Shown here: positions 40,801 to 55,800 of the stretch, one piece after another
How the letters are laid out: every line of letters starts with the position of its first letter
Numbering within the stretch: the first letter of the stretch is position 1
Notes under the pieces: generated by a model
What the model saw: only the letters and a program-made list of their open reading frames with translations
The model's database searches: none
What the model was told of the DNA's origin: nothing
From: Phoronis australis
Lineage: Eukaryota > Animalia > Phoronida
DNA: 64,000 nt
Reading direction: 5' to 3'
NCBI GenBank assembly: GCA_002633005.1
Contig: NMRA01000546.1
Location: 178,106-242,105, forward strand
Program-made: the position numbers and the translations under genes

Positions 40801-43800
40801 AAAGCACTGGTACATCATTTGGAGAATCTAAGCCTGGCGTTAAACCTCTTGTAGCTGACAAGGTTAATGTGAAGCTGAGGGTATCAAACTATCCGAAACC
40901 ACTGCTAGACAGGCCTGAGAAGGTTCATGTACATGTAAGTACTTGTTTTACGTGTTGGGGTGTCAATATGGTCGTGCAGATATTCTTGTGAGGTTGCACT
41001 TGGCATTTGGTGTATTTATACTGTACCGTGAATCCGCGTTTCTGTTACATTGCTCGGAAGAAGTTAAAATGGCTAAGGGGAAAGGAGAAATGGATATCCA
41101 TTTAAGAGTGTTTGTTGATCCATAATCAATGTTTTGGATCATCTGCGATTCATAAAGGTTATGGAAGCTGTTCTAAGAAAATTGACATGGATAAGACACA
41201 TCTTAAGTTAAGTTCATTCCAAGATTTAACTTAAATTTGTTTCAAGAAGTAGGAGACAAATTTGACTAAAATTTTTGACTTACCTTTTGTCTTAAATTTA
41301 CTAACTTGCAGGATGTGAAACTTGCATAGTTGGAAGTTAAGACAAATCTTAAAGATAATTCCAAAATGAATTTAACAGCCCCATGATTTCCACGCACACC
41401 AAATCAATACTCTTTAAAATATCACGTTAGTGTGTGCATTATGTTTTTATTGATTTAGACAATACAGTCGGTGTAACATGACGTTTTGAATCCATGGGAA
41501 ACATACCTGGGGTCACGTTCAACGCTGAAAAACTGACTGTTTGGTTATTTTCATCAAGATTGTGACACATTGGCTTAGTGGTTTTGAACTCTGGACTCCT
41601 GTTTGTGGGACCAGGTTTCGAGCCCTCGACTGACAATCGAGTCTTGCACAAAGGTGTCATCTACTCCTCTGTGCTCCGTCTTACAAGTGATTGTACATGT
41701 ATGCAAGGTAGTGAACGAGAAGTGAATGAAAACCTGGATTCAACGAGAAAGCAATTTCCGGGGGTGTTCTAAAAACGATCAAATTGAAGCTCCTCGCGTG
41801 ATTAAATGGAATTTCCTTAAATTTTTACCCCTGGGTTTCATATTTAATGGAATCTTATTCTGAGCGGCGAAACATTGGCGAGTAACATGACGAAATGAGG
41901 AAGTTAGACAGGGAACAACTTCCTATACGACCACCACACCGGCACGGAATCGGCAGGTTGGAAATCGAGAGTTTTTGGATTGCGATACTAGGGCCCATTG
42001 CACTTTTCAGCCAAATTGCTCCACCATCGTTGCTGTCGGCCTTTTTTGTTCGAACAGCTTTTCGCTCGCGGTTTCTTGCTCTATAGTAGATGTAGTGATC
42101 AAACGTGATGTGAAATGCGGTGAATTTATGAAATATACGGGTCAATTGCGATTAAAATGTAACAACACTAGATAAACCATAAGCAGTTTGAAATTCTGTA
42201 GTCAAGACGAGCTTCGAAACTAATTTAGGGGGAATTACAGTCTGACTTTGGCATTTGCAGTAGCGACTTCGAGCCCATTTGAAATTTTTCCAAGGTGGCC
42301 CAATAGGAAGCTTTAATGTAACAAAACTAGATAAACCATAAGCAGTTTGAAATTCTGTAGTCAAGACGAGCTTCGAAACTAATTTAGGGGGGATTAGAGT
42401 CTGACTTTGGCATTTACAGTAGCGACTTCGAGCCCATTTGAAATTTTTCCAAGGTGGCCCAATAGGAAGCTTTTGCAATGTCTTCCAAAGTTAGCTCATT
42501 TTCATCTCTGTTCTTGACCTTCTGCAACTGTTTCACAGATAAAAGTTTTACTTAGAATTTGAAGGAAACAAATGACAAGATAGGAAGAAACACGTTATTG
42601 CAAGACTATAGTAAGGATTGTTATAAAACCATGCATAGGTGGACTCGTATAGAAGGCAGTGACACTGCAATGGATCAGCAACAAATCGATCTGTGTTTGA
42701 CTTGACACACTAACTCAATGTTTTAAGAACCATGCCTAATGTGGTAAACAAGCTTCTAAACTAAAAGTAACTTAAGCTTTTTGAAAGAGGTTTTGTGATT
42801 CGCTGCTGAGCTTCAATCAAACTATAATTCATCAAAACTTGCAATAAGCCGATGTTAATGAAAAGATGGAATGGCAAAGGCATCAGATTTGTCTACGACG
42901 TACACTGTAGTTGTCAGTTATGCTAAATTTGTGGTGGCGGGGGCAAAGTATTTAGGGCCTTACCTCGCTTAGGTTTGCTTCTGATCTACGCTTTTTCAAA
43001 ACCTTAATTCCGCAGCCATGTGCTGATGACCGAGCCAAGTGACAGTATAATCATGACCTTTTTCATACAGCCGAGTTGAAGACCGGGAGCTTGGAGACGT
43101 GGTTGTTATGAAGGTGTACCAACTGTCAAAAGAAAACAAAGCTGTCCTCCTACGTTCAAGGAAAGTCCAAGTGAGTATCAAATACAAACAATCAAATACC
43201 TGCTCACCTTCAACGCATTGTTTACTTGTTGCTATGGAACAGTGTGCTCACCTACAGGGGTGCATTCTGTTGTCAGACTTCTGGGACGTCCCAAAATGAC
43301 CACTCAGCTGATTTAGAATGTTTTTACTTCTACCAAAACACCTTTTTGAAAGATAACAAACATAATTCCACTTAACAGTTGATAGGTTTCAGCCCAATTT
43401 CAGTCTTGTTTGACCTGCATGTATGGGTGTCCCTTATACGGGCCGTATTCATGTATTTCGTGTCTGTTTTTGCGCTCCCTTCTTTTGGCAGATGAGTTTC
43501 TTTTTTAAAGTCATAACAGATAATATCGACGGGTAGACTTATTAACGTCTGTCCTATTTTTCAAGTTGACTGATAAAACTTCATGAATTTAGACATATGT
43601 GATTATGTAATCCTACCAGGAATGCACGTCTGCCTAAAAAGATGGTGAAAGGAAATGTTAAATGCTTAAAAACCGTTTCATGGGATTTGTTTTTTTCTCA
43701 TTAAGTCATTGATAAGCTTGTATGAACACACTTGGCTGGTTTTAAATGAGACAGTTCTTCTACAGTAGGTGTTTGTTGAAAAGAATGGTCTCACGGATCT

Positions 43801-46800
43801 GCAACTGGTGTAAGGATTGCCGCTGACTGAGAGATGTGATCTACGCTCATTTGTTTGCATCATGTGCACGATAGATGACGTCAAGACGTGAAAATACGAT
43901 ACAAAACTACGATTTAGCTGCTAATTCATTCAATCTTGTTACCTTGACGTGAGCTGTCGATTCAGAATCCTTTATTTGACGCATCCGGCTCAACGCCCAG
44001 GCATAACTCTCCGTCTCCAATGGTTTTCTTAGAAAGCGGTGACAGCTTAAGCCATATAGAACATTTAAGCACAGACTCTACGACAGCATCTGGACATATG
44101 TTATCGCACGTTGTGGTCAATCGATATTAAACATTGACTCTATGTTTCTTCATAAAACTGGTACTGGATTGCAGTTTTTTTTTGGTTTCCGGTATCGTAC
44201 CAAACCTAACCCAGATGGCCATTTTATTTCCACCCTTGAATCTTGGTATCTTTAGCCAACGTTAATTCGAGATATATGGATAACGACCTCACAGGGCCAT
44301 CAAATGATGAATACTTTTAACGCATACGTGTTTGGTCACTGAAACCCTTATAAAAAGTGCCCGCTTTAGTCTTGAACAACGCCTTGACAAATCTGAGTCT
44401 CTCTTAACCTCTAGATTTCACGTACTAAATATTGCATGTATTAATTTTTAAATATTAACAAATAATGCACTGAACTACAAACAGTAATCTGTTTGCAAAA
44501 CAGAGTTCTGGGCAAAGCGACTTGCATAAAAACAATTTTTATCCAAACCTGAATGCAGCTGGGTCCTATATTTCCAGATTCAAAAAGACACGACTACTGA
44601 ATCACCTTCAACACCTGCTTGTCTTCCCTCAAAACTACGTAAGTATATTGTAACTCAATTCTTTCGATAACAACTTCTCTCACATAACCTTGAATGTGTA
44701 ACGAAATGACTTGTTAATAACAACGAGTACTGTTTTGATATTACGTGGGCGAATCACAAAGTAGTACAGAGTAGAAATCCAAACGCCTTGCATTTTATTA
44801 TCAGAAAAACAGTAAAAGACAAGGTTATGATTGACAAATCGGGAGTCGCAACGGAACATACTCCCAGTCGGAAGGACAAGCAAACAACCTCTTAAACCGA
44901 CCCAGTTTCGGCCGCGAATTCCATATCCACGTTCACTCAAACGGAGACGAACCCCCAACTCCAAAAGCGCAGCGAGACTGTCTAGCTGTTCTGCTTCAAG
45001 TTCAATTCAGTGTTCACGCTTGCTAACTGTTATTTATAAGCACTTTTTTAAGTATTACTGTTACAACTTCAAACTAGAAAGATTATTGTCACGGCGTGAC
45101 AATAACGGACTCTGCGCGTGCATATTACATGAATTATGGGAAGTTACTGACAGCAACCCGTTTACCAATATGAAAAGGAATTCTTTAAAATTGTAGGAGA
45201 AATTACATATTAATTTTTTGATGACCTTTCCACTAATTGACCTCTTCCGGTGAATTATGAGCCCCGATGAGAGAATAATTGTAAACTCGATTAAAAGTGT
45301 GCTTAATGCTAAAAATCACCGATGTTTTACTTTAAGCACATCAGAATACAAGATGAATGAATTGGTCAAACTTTCAGAAGAAAAATGCACCCAATGACCC
45401 CATGGGTGCACCAAATGACCTGAAAATTTAGAATTCAAACTCAATCGCACTTAGTAATCAGATACCTAATTCTGAAGTCTCTAGCTCAAAACTTTAGTTT
45501 GCACCCAATGACCTTTGACCTATTTTTTCCGATTGGTTAGGCCTAGTGCAAAGTAAAGTAGGGTCTTCACTTGGCATGTTGACTTACACCAGTGTGCTGA
45601 AATTGAAAAGAATTCCTTGAAAAACATAAGAGATATAACATGTTGAACGTTACATGACCTTTGCACTAATTGACCTTATCCGGTGCATTTTAAGCATCTT
45701 TAGGAGAATTATTGCAAAGCACATGGAAAATGTGTTTAACGCTGAGAATCACAGTTGTCTAACGGTTGACACATCAGAATACTTGCTGATTGAAAAGGTC
45801 AAATTTTCAGAAAAAAATGCACCTAATGACCCCATGTTTGCACTAAATGACCTGAAACTTTGGATTCCGATTTGATTTACCTGTAGCAATCAGACCTGTC
45901 AATTTGAAGCGTCTAGCTCAAAATTTCAGTTTGCACCTTATGACCTTTGACCTTTTTGACCTGATTGGATGACCCGATTACTTAGAAAAGTGACTTTTTA
46001 AATTGTTATGTTGACCTTTACCTGTGCACCGAATTTGAAAAAGATAGCTTCAAAACTGTAGGAGGAGTAGCATTTTGAAAATTATATGACATTTGCACCA
46101 AACGACCTCTTCCGGTGCAATATGGAATATGATTATATAACCGATCAAAATTTATACACTGTCAAAAGTCATATGCTGAATTTAAAGACCGTACCTGCAC
46201 CCAATTTGGAGTTATTAAGCCTCAAAGTTGGTCGGAAGAAGAATAAGAAGAATAAGAAGAAGAAGAATAAGAATAAAATCGAAGAAAACCCAGGAACAAC
46301 AGTACTCTGCGCTTACATGCGCAAAGTAATAATATTTAATAGATTCCAATTTGAATATTTGCTAAGAATGATGAATGTAATTTACAATTGCTATGTTTAA
46401 GATAAGCCTATTAACAAAAGTAAGGTCTCAGTTTTAGCAAACCAAGTGCACGGGGCACGCAATAATAAAATAGCCACAAGGTTGAGCAGAAAACCTCAAA
46501 TTCGTTCGACTATGAAAAAGGAGAAATTACTCTGGAGAAACGGGTGACGGCTTTTTACATTCCCAGCACAATTTGCTAAGAGTGCAAGGGGTTGACATAA
46601 GTGATTTAGTGATAAAACAATAAACGTGGAAGACTGAACTACGAACGCAAAATTGACCTCAATTGTGCAGGCCTATTTACTTTTTTCTCTATGCCATTCC
46701 TGTTCGCGCCAACCCTGCGTTTGAACTTTTTTCAAACTCAAGACTCCTCTCAGTAATTGCCAAAAACCTCCCTCACTCTTTTTAGAGTTAACGATAATAA

Positions 46801-49800
46801 AGCCGTTTGTGCATAGATTGGTGATCCTGAAAATCAATGTGTCGGGCTTACACGTAAATTTCATCAGAAGAAAGTAGTGTTTAGTGTTGATTAGGTATTC
46901 AAAAACTAGTTTTGCATGAAATTATTAGCCTTAAAATACCCCGACATGGGCGGAACTGAATTGTAGACGATTCTAGTTTGAACATCACTTTTTGCAAGCT
47001 CAAATCCGAAAAGACGATTTAAAGTACCTGCACTACATTTGCAGCCATTGGAAATTTCCGATCATAAATGTTGTCTGTTTCTGGCGCTGAAAATTATGTG
47101 GTTTTTAACAAAAACTCTTCTTGTGTTTCGCTTGGTGATGAGTCTTTCAACGGTCACACGTGGTATTAGTCTCTGGTAACTGTGGTATACTTTTGCTGAA
47201 CGCTTTGTTACCAATAAATATAGAACATACATGCAACACGTGTACTATCTCTTTCCTTGCTGACACCTGCCATGTGATTTAACTTTTGTGTTTTAACTTT
47301 TTACACTTTACAAGACGTCCTGGAAGTACGTAGCGGTGAGCCTTCAAAGGCCTGCAAACAATCTTATATAAATAACTCTTTTTCAGAAGTTCACCAACAA
47401 GCCAACAGGATCGAGCAACCTTTATTAAAGCAGGATGACCGTGAAGAGTTTAGAGTTGGAGTGGCAATGAGCCAAATCGGTCAAGTCCAGTTTGCTCGAA
47501 GCGTTAGTATTTTATTCATATTTCCGTAACCATTTTCTTTAAAACTGTCATAAAATGGCCAATTTTGAATCCAAGTTTGGAATTGGTTGCATGAGAGCCG
47601 TCAAACTGACGATGACATTACTTATATTGCGGGAAAAAATATTCCAACTCAGGGCCTACGGGTCTGATTATCGTACATGTATATAGTGATTGTTGGAGCA
47701 AAACAAAACAGACTCGGGGGCTTTACTCTTTTATTTGTCAGTATAATAAGTAGTAGATGACGTAATAGGTCAACTGAAATATCGCAAAAAATATGTTTAA
47801 GTTCACACGTTGCGTAATGCTACACCATGTACATATACAGTAACGAATTCGAGGACAACGCCCTAGAAAATGATGACGGGCAAAGAGTACAATGAAACAC
47901 AGATAATGTTTTTGCTTGCAAGGGCAGCCAACGTGAAATCACTATTTAACAACTACTGAATGTTAGCTGGGTTCTATATTTCCAGAATCAGAAAGACACG
48001 ACTGCTGAATCGCCATCAACATGTGCTTATCCTTCAGAAGAACAAAGTAAGTAATCGAGTCTAAATAGATAATGCCATGCAGACTGTGGGATTTTGTGAC
48101 GAAAAAGTATGAATTACTGACGGAATAAGTGAACTAGAGGAGGATTTCTTAAAATTGTGAAGAATGAATTTTTTGCATGTAAACATGAACTGTGTTATTC
48201 ACGTACAATCAAAAACTTTTGGCTCGTATTGCAAAAGAATTGAAAGCATATCATGTAATACTTAGCATGTCGCGATGTCTTACGTTACCTCGCGTATCTG
48301 CAATTTCCTGGAGTCTACCGAACGCACGCCAGGTCTACGACACTCCCGTTTGGCTTGCAAGTCTAAAGTCGACATTTGGACGCATGCGCGTTGATGGTGA
48401 CATGGGCTGTGTTCCAAGTGCAAAGACGACTAATACTGATGCGATCACGTACCCAAGTAATATATACATAAAAATACACGCACACATACATATACATGTA
48501 CATGTGTTTGCATAATTCATTGTGCAGTGGCGGATCGACAATTTTAGTAAGGGGGTGTTTAGGATTTGTGCTTTGCGCACGTACATGAAGCGCCAAGCGG
48601 AGGAAGGTCGGGAGATTCCCCTCCAGAGCAAGACAACTTTTTTTGTTTTTTTAACCAAATAGCGCAATTTGCATACAACCTGGCGACGTTTGTGGCAGTT
48701 AACATATCTCTGGAGGTTTCTTGAGACGATTTAAAGCCTTCTCGATTTTGTCTCATGAACTCGGTTCAGAAGTTCAGTAAAAACATATTTTTGCTCACTA
48801 AGTGTATGAGTCAGGCCACCATCAAAAATTTAGATGGAGCAACTGTCTACATAGGCACATCGATGTTTCGCATACGAAAAGCAGTACACAAATATGTGTG
48901 GTATATACATGGTTTAGGTAATTACCAAATATTCAAGAGCATAAGGAGCACCGACGGTCACGTAAAAGCACAACATTTGAATATCAGATGATCACGTGAC
49001 AGCAGTCTCAAGTTTTTAAAAACGAAGACCGGCACTGTTACATGTATCCCAAGAGATAAACATATCCCGTCTAGTTATAACGAAAACTGACGAACGATGA
49101 TGATCCCAGGGCATAGTTTGTTATTGAAAGCGACAATTAACACTCGAGTGTCACTTTTAAACGGAATCAAGTTGCCTGTTGACTTATCTGTAGAGAACTT
49201 TACAAAACACACTGTGGTAAAACTATTACTACACCAGTGCACTAAGAGTCGATGGCTACATTGTATACACACTGTGAACTAACCTTACCTGGTCCGTTGC
49301 AAGAACTAAAGTACCCTATGCGAAGGAGTTTTTCCATAGACACGTTTTGATCCCCAGTGATTGCTCATACATATATTTCATGTATTTTCCCGTTACCCAT
49401 TGACAAAACTTCACGCACTTTCAGTCAAAGAAGAAAGACTTGCAGAATGCATACTTAGGGCTGCTCTGGACCAGTGACTTGTGTATTTTTGCATAATGCA
49501 TGTCCATCAGTGATACCCCAGCCAGCATATCCTTAGAGATTGTTGACCTAAAATGTGTCTTCACACGCCTCTGAGCACAGGAAGTGCTCTATCAGTCACA
49601 CAGGATCCAATAGGAGTACACACGGGGGGTTTAAGCCCCTCAATCTCCCATGTATCCACCTCTAGTGACGGTATTTTGCACCCACAAGCGTGCACTGAAA
49701 TAGGTAGGATTGAATTTTGCGTGAAATTGCGATAATTTTGTTTATATCAGAGTTCACATTTCCGTATAAGGTAATTTTCAGAGACTCAGTTGTGTTGGTG

Positions 49801-52800
49801 GTCCGGCAATAAAAATCAAGCGCAGGTGCCAGATACTAAAATTTGGGTGAGGGACTTATTGTTTTGAGCTCAAGAGTTACATGTATGTTTGTTTAGAACT
49901 CAACGCCCGTGGATGTTTTATCGATTTACATGTTTAACTGTCACCAGGGCCAATGTTTGTTTTCTGTTTATAGTGAACTTACATTTATAACGTGCCCTGT
50001 TGTAGCCCCGTATTTTGATCGCGGTTTTGCACTTGGGCGATGAAGAAAGGTTTTCTCTAAGTTATCATTAGATTGGGTCCATTAGCTAAAATGCTCTTTC
50101 TTTTTGTCAAGAGTCAAGTCACTTGTTGCTGTCTGCGCTTCATGTGTAAACAAATGGATGTCACTGAACATTTGGACAGTTAATGGAATTAAAATTTGAA
50201 TAAAAAGCAGTATAAGGACAGTGACACACTCAGATGGTACCAATACATTTTCAAAAACACCATGGCCGTCATTCAGGAATCGTTCCTCACCGGATGAATA
50301 AGGTATTCCAGTCACGGGAATAAACAACAATGTTAGATGACAATTTGTAATTTCGGCCGAGGTACAACATCGTGTTAATTAAATTTGTACTTTATTTCGA
50401 AACAGAGTGAAACATTACATCATGTTACACACTGCTTAATTTTGTGTTCTTTGTTTCCAAGTGTTTCATTTTGGAATAAGCACACAAGATGGACTTAAAC
50501 CGAAAGTCAAAAATTTCAAGGCTACCAATGGCAGGATGGCTCGTGGTTTAAGTATCACCGGCTACGCAAGTTTTTTGCGAAAATTTGCCAAAACAAAACA
50601 CACGCTCTTAAGACAATAGAAATATTTATGACTGAAAGCTCCAGACAACTGTCATACACACCTCCGTGTAATCATCTTCAACTTAAAGAGTGACGTGTAG
50701 CAAACACTAGCAGGAAAAATTACCTTCAATAAACTTTAGTTGTGTGGTACAGTACATTATAGACTTATAATTAAATGGAACTATGTCTAAGACAGCATTG
50801 GGTCATGTGCAAACTAACGGAAACAACTATCCGTACATGTATTGTTAACAGAGCTTAGAAATGTGTCAATTTATTCTCAGGAATACGGAGAGGGCCAAGA
50901 GAACTTCATCAACAGCTGCTACTGAAGGTTGCTGACAGTGTCATTGATCCTGACTTTAAAAGACTAAAGGGGTTGTGTAAAGCGTGGATAGAGTAAGAAA
51001 GACAACGTTGCATAATTGTACAAATTATACATGTATATGCACAGTGACCGCAAGTAATCACGAGTGTATCATACTACATTATCAAGTTATCCTGAGCACT
51101 GCTTCTGAAGCTGTTGATTCCTACAATAGAGCCAAAGAGCTCTACTCCGATCACAAAATGAACATGGATTGTGACTCCATTTTCGTCAGAGGCATCAAAA
51201 CAAAAATTGTCGCCTTTGCTCTAAACGAAATGCCCTAAGGTAATTGTAGTATTATCGGCCACAACCACGAGATTTTCGTTTCAAGATGAGTTACCGAAAA
51301 ACAAGCGTAAATGGCACTACTGGCGCCGTCTATTGTTGAACGTGTTCCAGGTTTATGTAGGTTCAATGGAGGTGACTGGGTTAACATTGTTCAGGAGCGT
51401 GTTAATTGTCATGTATCAAATATCTTCAAAATTGTGCTTTTATCTCAGTAATTGTAAATCTTTTTAAAAGAACAAAGCCTGTAGAGTTTGATCTGTGACC
51501 TTATACTATCTGTAGCAAAACAACAGTGTTCATATTTCCTCCATAAAAATGTTCAATATCTCAAAATGACAGACACTTTTTTCTAAATTATAGTTTCGTT
51601 TTCGCGTCATACAACAGAAAAATAATAAATCTTCTCTTTATATCCCTCATGCAGAAGTGGAAATGTTCAAAAACCATTAAGAATAGCATTTTGGAGAACC
51701 GTCCATAAAGCATAATGTCTTTCACATGAATCCCAACAGCCATTTGTAAGATGTGATGTTCCGAAGCAAATTTGGCCATTTTCGTGGCTCCAACACAACC
51801 ACCAAATTTGATTTTCACAGCGCTTGAGTTTTTTACATCAGCCTGCACGTTTCATGTTTTTGGAAATCTCATTTCTCCTTTCATTCTCCAACGCTTTAAA
51901 TAATCTTGATTGGGACATGAAAGATAGTCCATTAGTTATATGCTGGTGTCAGGGAGGACACAACTCTAAAGTAATTGGAAGTAGTCGATTGTGGATTTGT
52001 CTGTGAATATAATTAACACTTATTCACGGAAGGTTTTTCCAGTCAATGTAGCGGACTTGTAGAGTCGTGTTGCTTCAATCTCCAAAAACTCTGAACGGAT
52101 CTTTATGAAATTTTGTAGACATGTTTATATCATAGATTGTACGGCATGACCGAATTTTTGAACGGATGCAATTACCCGACGCTGTGCCACTTAAGGCGAA
52201 TTTATTTTTTACGTTTCCCTTTTTACCTTCCGAGTTTTGACTGAATTTTCATAAAAGTTTGGAAATAGGTATTGGTTAAGAAGACGACGCCTTGTTCTAT
52301 TTTTACTGGGATTTGATTGACGTTCATGTATTCTGCACCACCTAGTCGCTGTTTTCATTGTTTTTGGCGTCCACTTTCTCTCTACCAAGCTACTGGATTG
52401 ACATACATGTATACACATGATTTGCATATTCATATACGTTAATGACGATTGCGAAGATATACGTGGTCCTTCTGGGACGCACACGGCATACCATGGTTTT
52501 TGGATGGCTCTTTACAACGGTGGCACAACCTTGTGGTATTTTGTTTTCTTCTTTATGTCCGTAACTTCAGCCGTACTGCTGCAATACGTTTGACACGCCA
52601 CATGTTCCAAACTCGTTATGGAAAGTCTTATCAACCGGGTTCTAAACGTTGTACTCAAATCATATTCGATTTCTTGTTGCTTTTTCCGTTTTTTCTTTCG
52701 TGTGAACTCGAACTAACTGTGCATTATTCTTTGCTGAAGATCATTATGATTTAAGCAAATGTTGCTTCAGTCCAAGTTCTCACCTGGTGGACCTCTATTT

Positions 52801-55800
52801 CGATCTAAAACCTCGTGGAATGACAACTCTAGACTTCAAATTCAGACTCAAACTTCAAACTTCAGTGATAACCTCATTAAGTGCAATCTCGGATTACATA
52901 GTTGACCACGTAACACATTATGTATTTGAGAATGTTGACCACGTGACACATTATGTATTTGAGAATGTTGACCACCTGAGACATTATGTATTTGAGAATG
53001 TTGACCACCTGAGACATTATGTAATTGAGAATGTTGAACACGTGACACATTATGTATTTGAGAATGTTGTCCATTGTAGACGTCATGTTTTTGAGAATAG
53101 AAAGTTGTCCACCCTAGACACATATTCGCGCATAGAACAATAGACACGCATCTTGTGTTTCACAAAAGTGGAATAGAAAATGCTGAATTAATTCCGAGTT
53201 GATGTCAATTAAAAATATTAGACCACAGACCCTAGCTACAACCTAGAGTGGCTAACATCGCTTCAATCAAGGTGAATGTTTTTTATCAATATGTAGTGTT
53301 AAGTCTTACAAAGTCTTGTGTGTGACACTCTGTCCTAGAGTAGTCACATCACAGGATGGATAATAGGGGCGTTAAAAAGGCGATAAACTAAAGGTGTTGA
53401 AAATCTTCATCAATGTTTGAATTAGTATTTGAGATCTATTGATTCGTCTTGCTTTGTGTCGTGCAGTCTTTTTATTCTCGTGTGAGCAGGCGTGATTTTA
53501 GATTCATGTGATCATTAATGTTTTGTTGATTTTCAGACCAGCAATACTGCAGAATATAACAAACACTCAGGAACTTCTTGAACAGCTTCAGCGGCAAGAG
53601 ATAATTAATGTTGGAGATTACAGTGAATTAACCCGCATGCTGCACCAGCTCCATCTGGAGGAACTTGCAGAACTAGTGGAAAAACTGTCAAGTGAAATAA
53701 AGGGACTAGGTATGAAAGACAATGTTGACCAATTTTATGTGAATACTCAACAACCACTTGGGTATGAATATTATTTAGTAAACAGGTGGATTTCACAGTG
53801 AATTGCAGGGGTCATTAGTGTGTTATTACACCACTTGGTGGCGCTCAAGAAAGGCTCTTGAAACTGATTCCAATGTAATATTTTCCATCTTTACGAATCC
53901 CGGAAGTGCAGCTGGTTATTCGATAAAATACGAACAAAATCAGCAGTTTGACCCCAAATCCATGGTTTGCATGCAATTACTAAGAAGTGAAAAAAGATGC
54001 GTTGAAACCGACAAAATGCTCTGCATTAAAGGAGTCAGGTTAAAAGTGAATGTGGACAAGCAAAATATTTTTAAAATCCAAATTATCTGTACGTCTCATG
54101 AATTTTCCGAAAAAATTCCCGCTTAATTTCCCGTTAGTCAGCAGTATGTGTTTAAGAAAACCCAAGGCAGAGCAAAACGTGAGTTAAAGTGTGAAAAGAC
54201 AACAGCTGTATACTCAGAACAAGCAAATGCCTGTCGTAGCCGTCACGTGCAACTTAAACTGTCCATTCAACCCAGCATTCGCAAATTATGTTTGAAGTTG
54301 GCGCGGGTAGGAATTAGATCGTGACTCAAAAATATTGAGGACCAACAAGATCACCTATAACTCGAACTTTACTTCAAATCAAACGACAGTGCCATCCCTG
54401 ATGGTGAGACATACATGTACTAAAGGAAGGTTTCAGTTGTAATTTGAATGACGATACTTTATAATGAATTAGAATCCATTCAGATTCAGATTTTTTTCTA
54501 ATATTCTATGGCTTGTCTGGATCAAATTGCATAGAATCACTGTTTTCAAAAAGGGAGAGCTCTCAAACAGGCGTGGTCCGTGCCCAATTACTTTTAGTCT
54601 TTCCCTGTCAATGACCAACGACGTTTAACACAATGAATGAATTGTTGGCTGCCAAATAGACTGCCTGTATACAGCATAATGCGTTTTGTGAGAGAAGGTC
54701 ATGCCAAATTAGCCGTTTATTATTTTTCAGTTCTCGTGTATTTCACAACCTCACAAATCCACTAGGAATTTGTTTTACAGGAATTATTTACACTAATCCG
54801 TTGTGTCATGGCTAACAATTTCCAGGAGTTAGTCTTGCAAAAACTGTTCTTGTGTAAACACAGTTTAACCGATCTTAAAACGCAATAGGTGTTTTTTTAC
54901 TATTTTCAAGTAAGTATGGTTTCACATTTATTGATGTGACAATGTTTGTTCCGTTTGTAGCGAGTCAAATCTTGACAACCTTTGACACAAAAAAGTGTTC
55001 AGGGATCTCTTTTTTATTTGAGTTACATGTAAATGCCTCACTATATTCGAAGCACTGGCATTACGCAGGATAGGCATAGCAGGTAACTAAAGCAATTCCA
55101 AGCGTTTAAATAACCAATAGTTCATCGGCTAAAATCAAGCTTCTAGAAGTGTTTATCAATATCACAAAAATGGCTCCCAAGTGACGCAAAATATCTCAAA
55201 CGTCTTGAAAATCGGAGTGTGTCATCATCTTGCTAACAGACAGATATTTACCTCATTGTCCGGAGTTGCAGGGGCAAACATACATGTGTAAAACTTCAAA
55301 TCGCCATTAAAATGCACCTCTACCGCTGAAATCCGCCAGTGTGATGTTCGTAGGAATACATATACCAAAGTTTCACAAGGACGGTTTGAGTTTAGTGTTG
55401 CTAAGGTATTAAACAACTAGTTTTGTATGAAACCAAAAGCCTCAAAATAGCTCAATTTTGTACTGCACTGAAAAATGCCCAATATGGAAACACATGTTGA
55501 TTAGCAACAAAATGCAACGTGATACCGATTTGAATATGTGTCATAAGTGAAGAAGTTCCAAAAAAATGTCACGTGTAGAGCAGGCGTTACTTCTACTTCG
55601 GGTGTTAACAAGGCCAGGACTTTGCTCCTATAACTGCAGGAAAAGAATGAATATTTTGAAAGAGAAATTTGTTGAGTATTATAGGAGTTTTGAGGTGCAC
55701 TTTGGACCTAGAAATTTCAATTTCATCAACTCACTCATTCTTAATGCACGGCAGAAGATGCTACACACCATTGGCACTGGTGACAACGGTAAGTCCATGG

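Noticed and set aside
42152-42478. 108-aa ORF with an internal 53-aa repeat
   Set aside because: By-product of the 159-bp tandem duplication; no splice signals or domain similarity recognised
52901-53110. 33-bp repeat array as a CRISPR array or a repeat protein (ORF 52787-53143)
   Set aside because: Units are contiguous with no unique spacers and no cas genes are present. The ORF is open only because 33 is a multiple of 3, and it lies in the DED intron without good splice sites.
7705-53709. Calling the gene canonical ankyrin (ANK1/2/3), PIDD1 or UNC5
   Set aside because: Only one divergent ZU5-like unit, few ANK repeats seen, rapidly evolving linkers and a DED-like rather than DD-like domain; no symbol assigned
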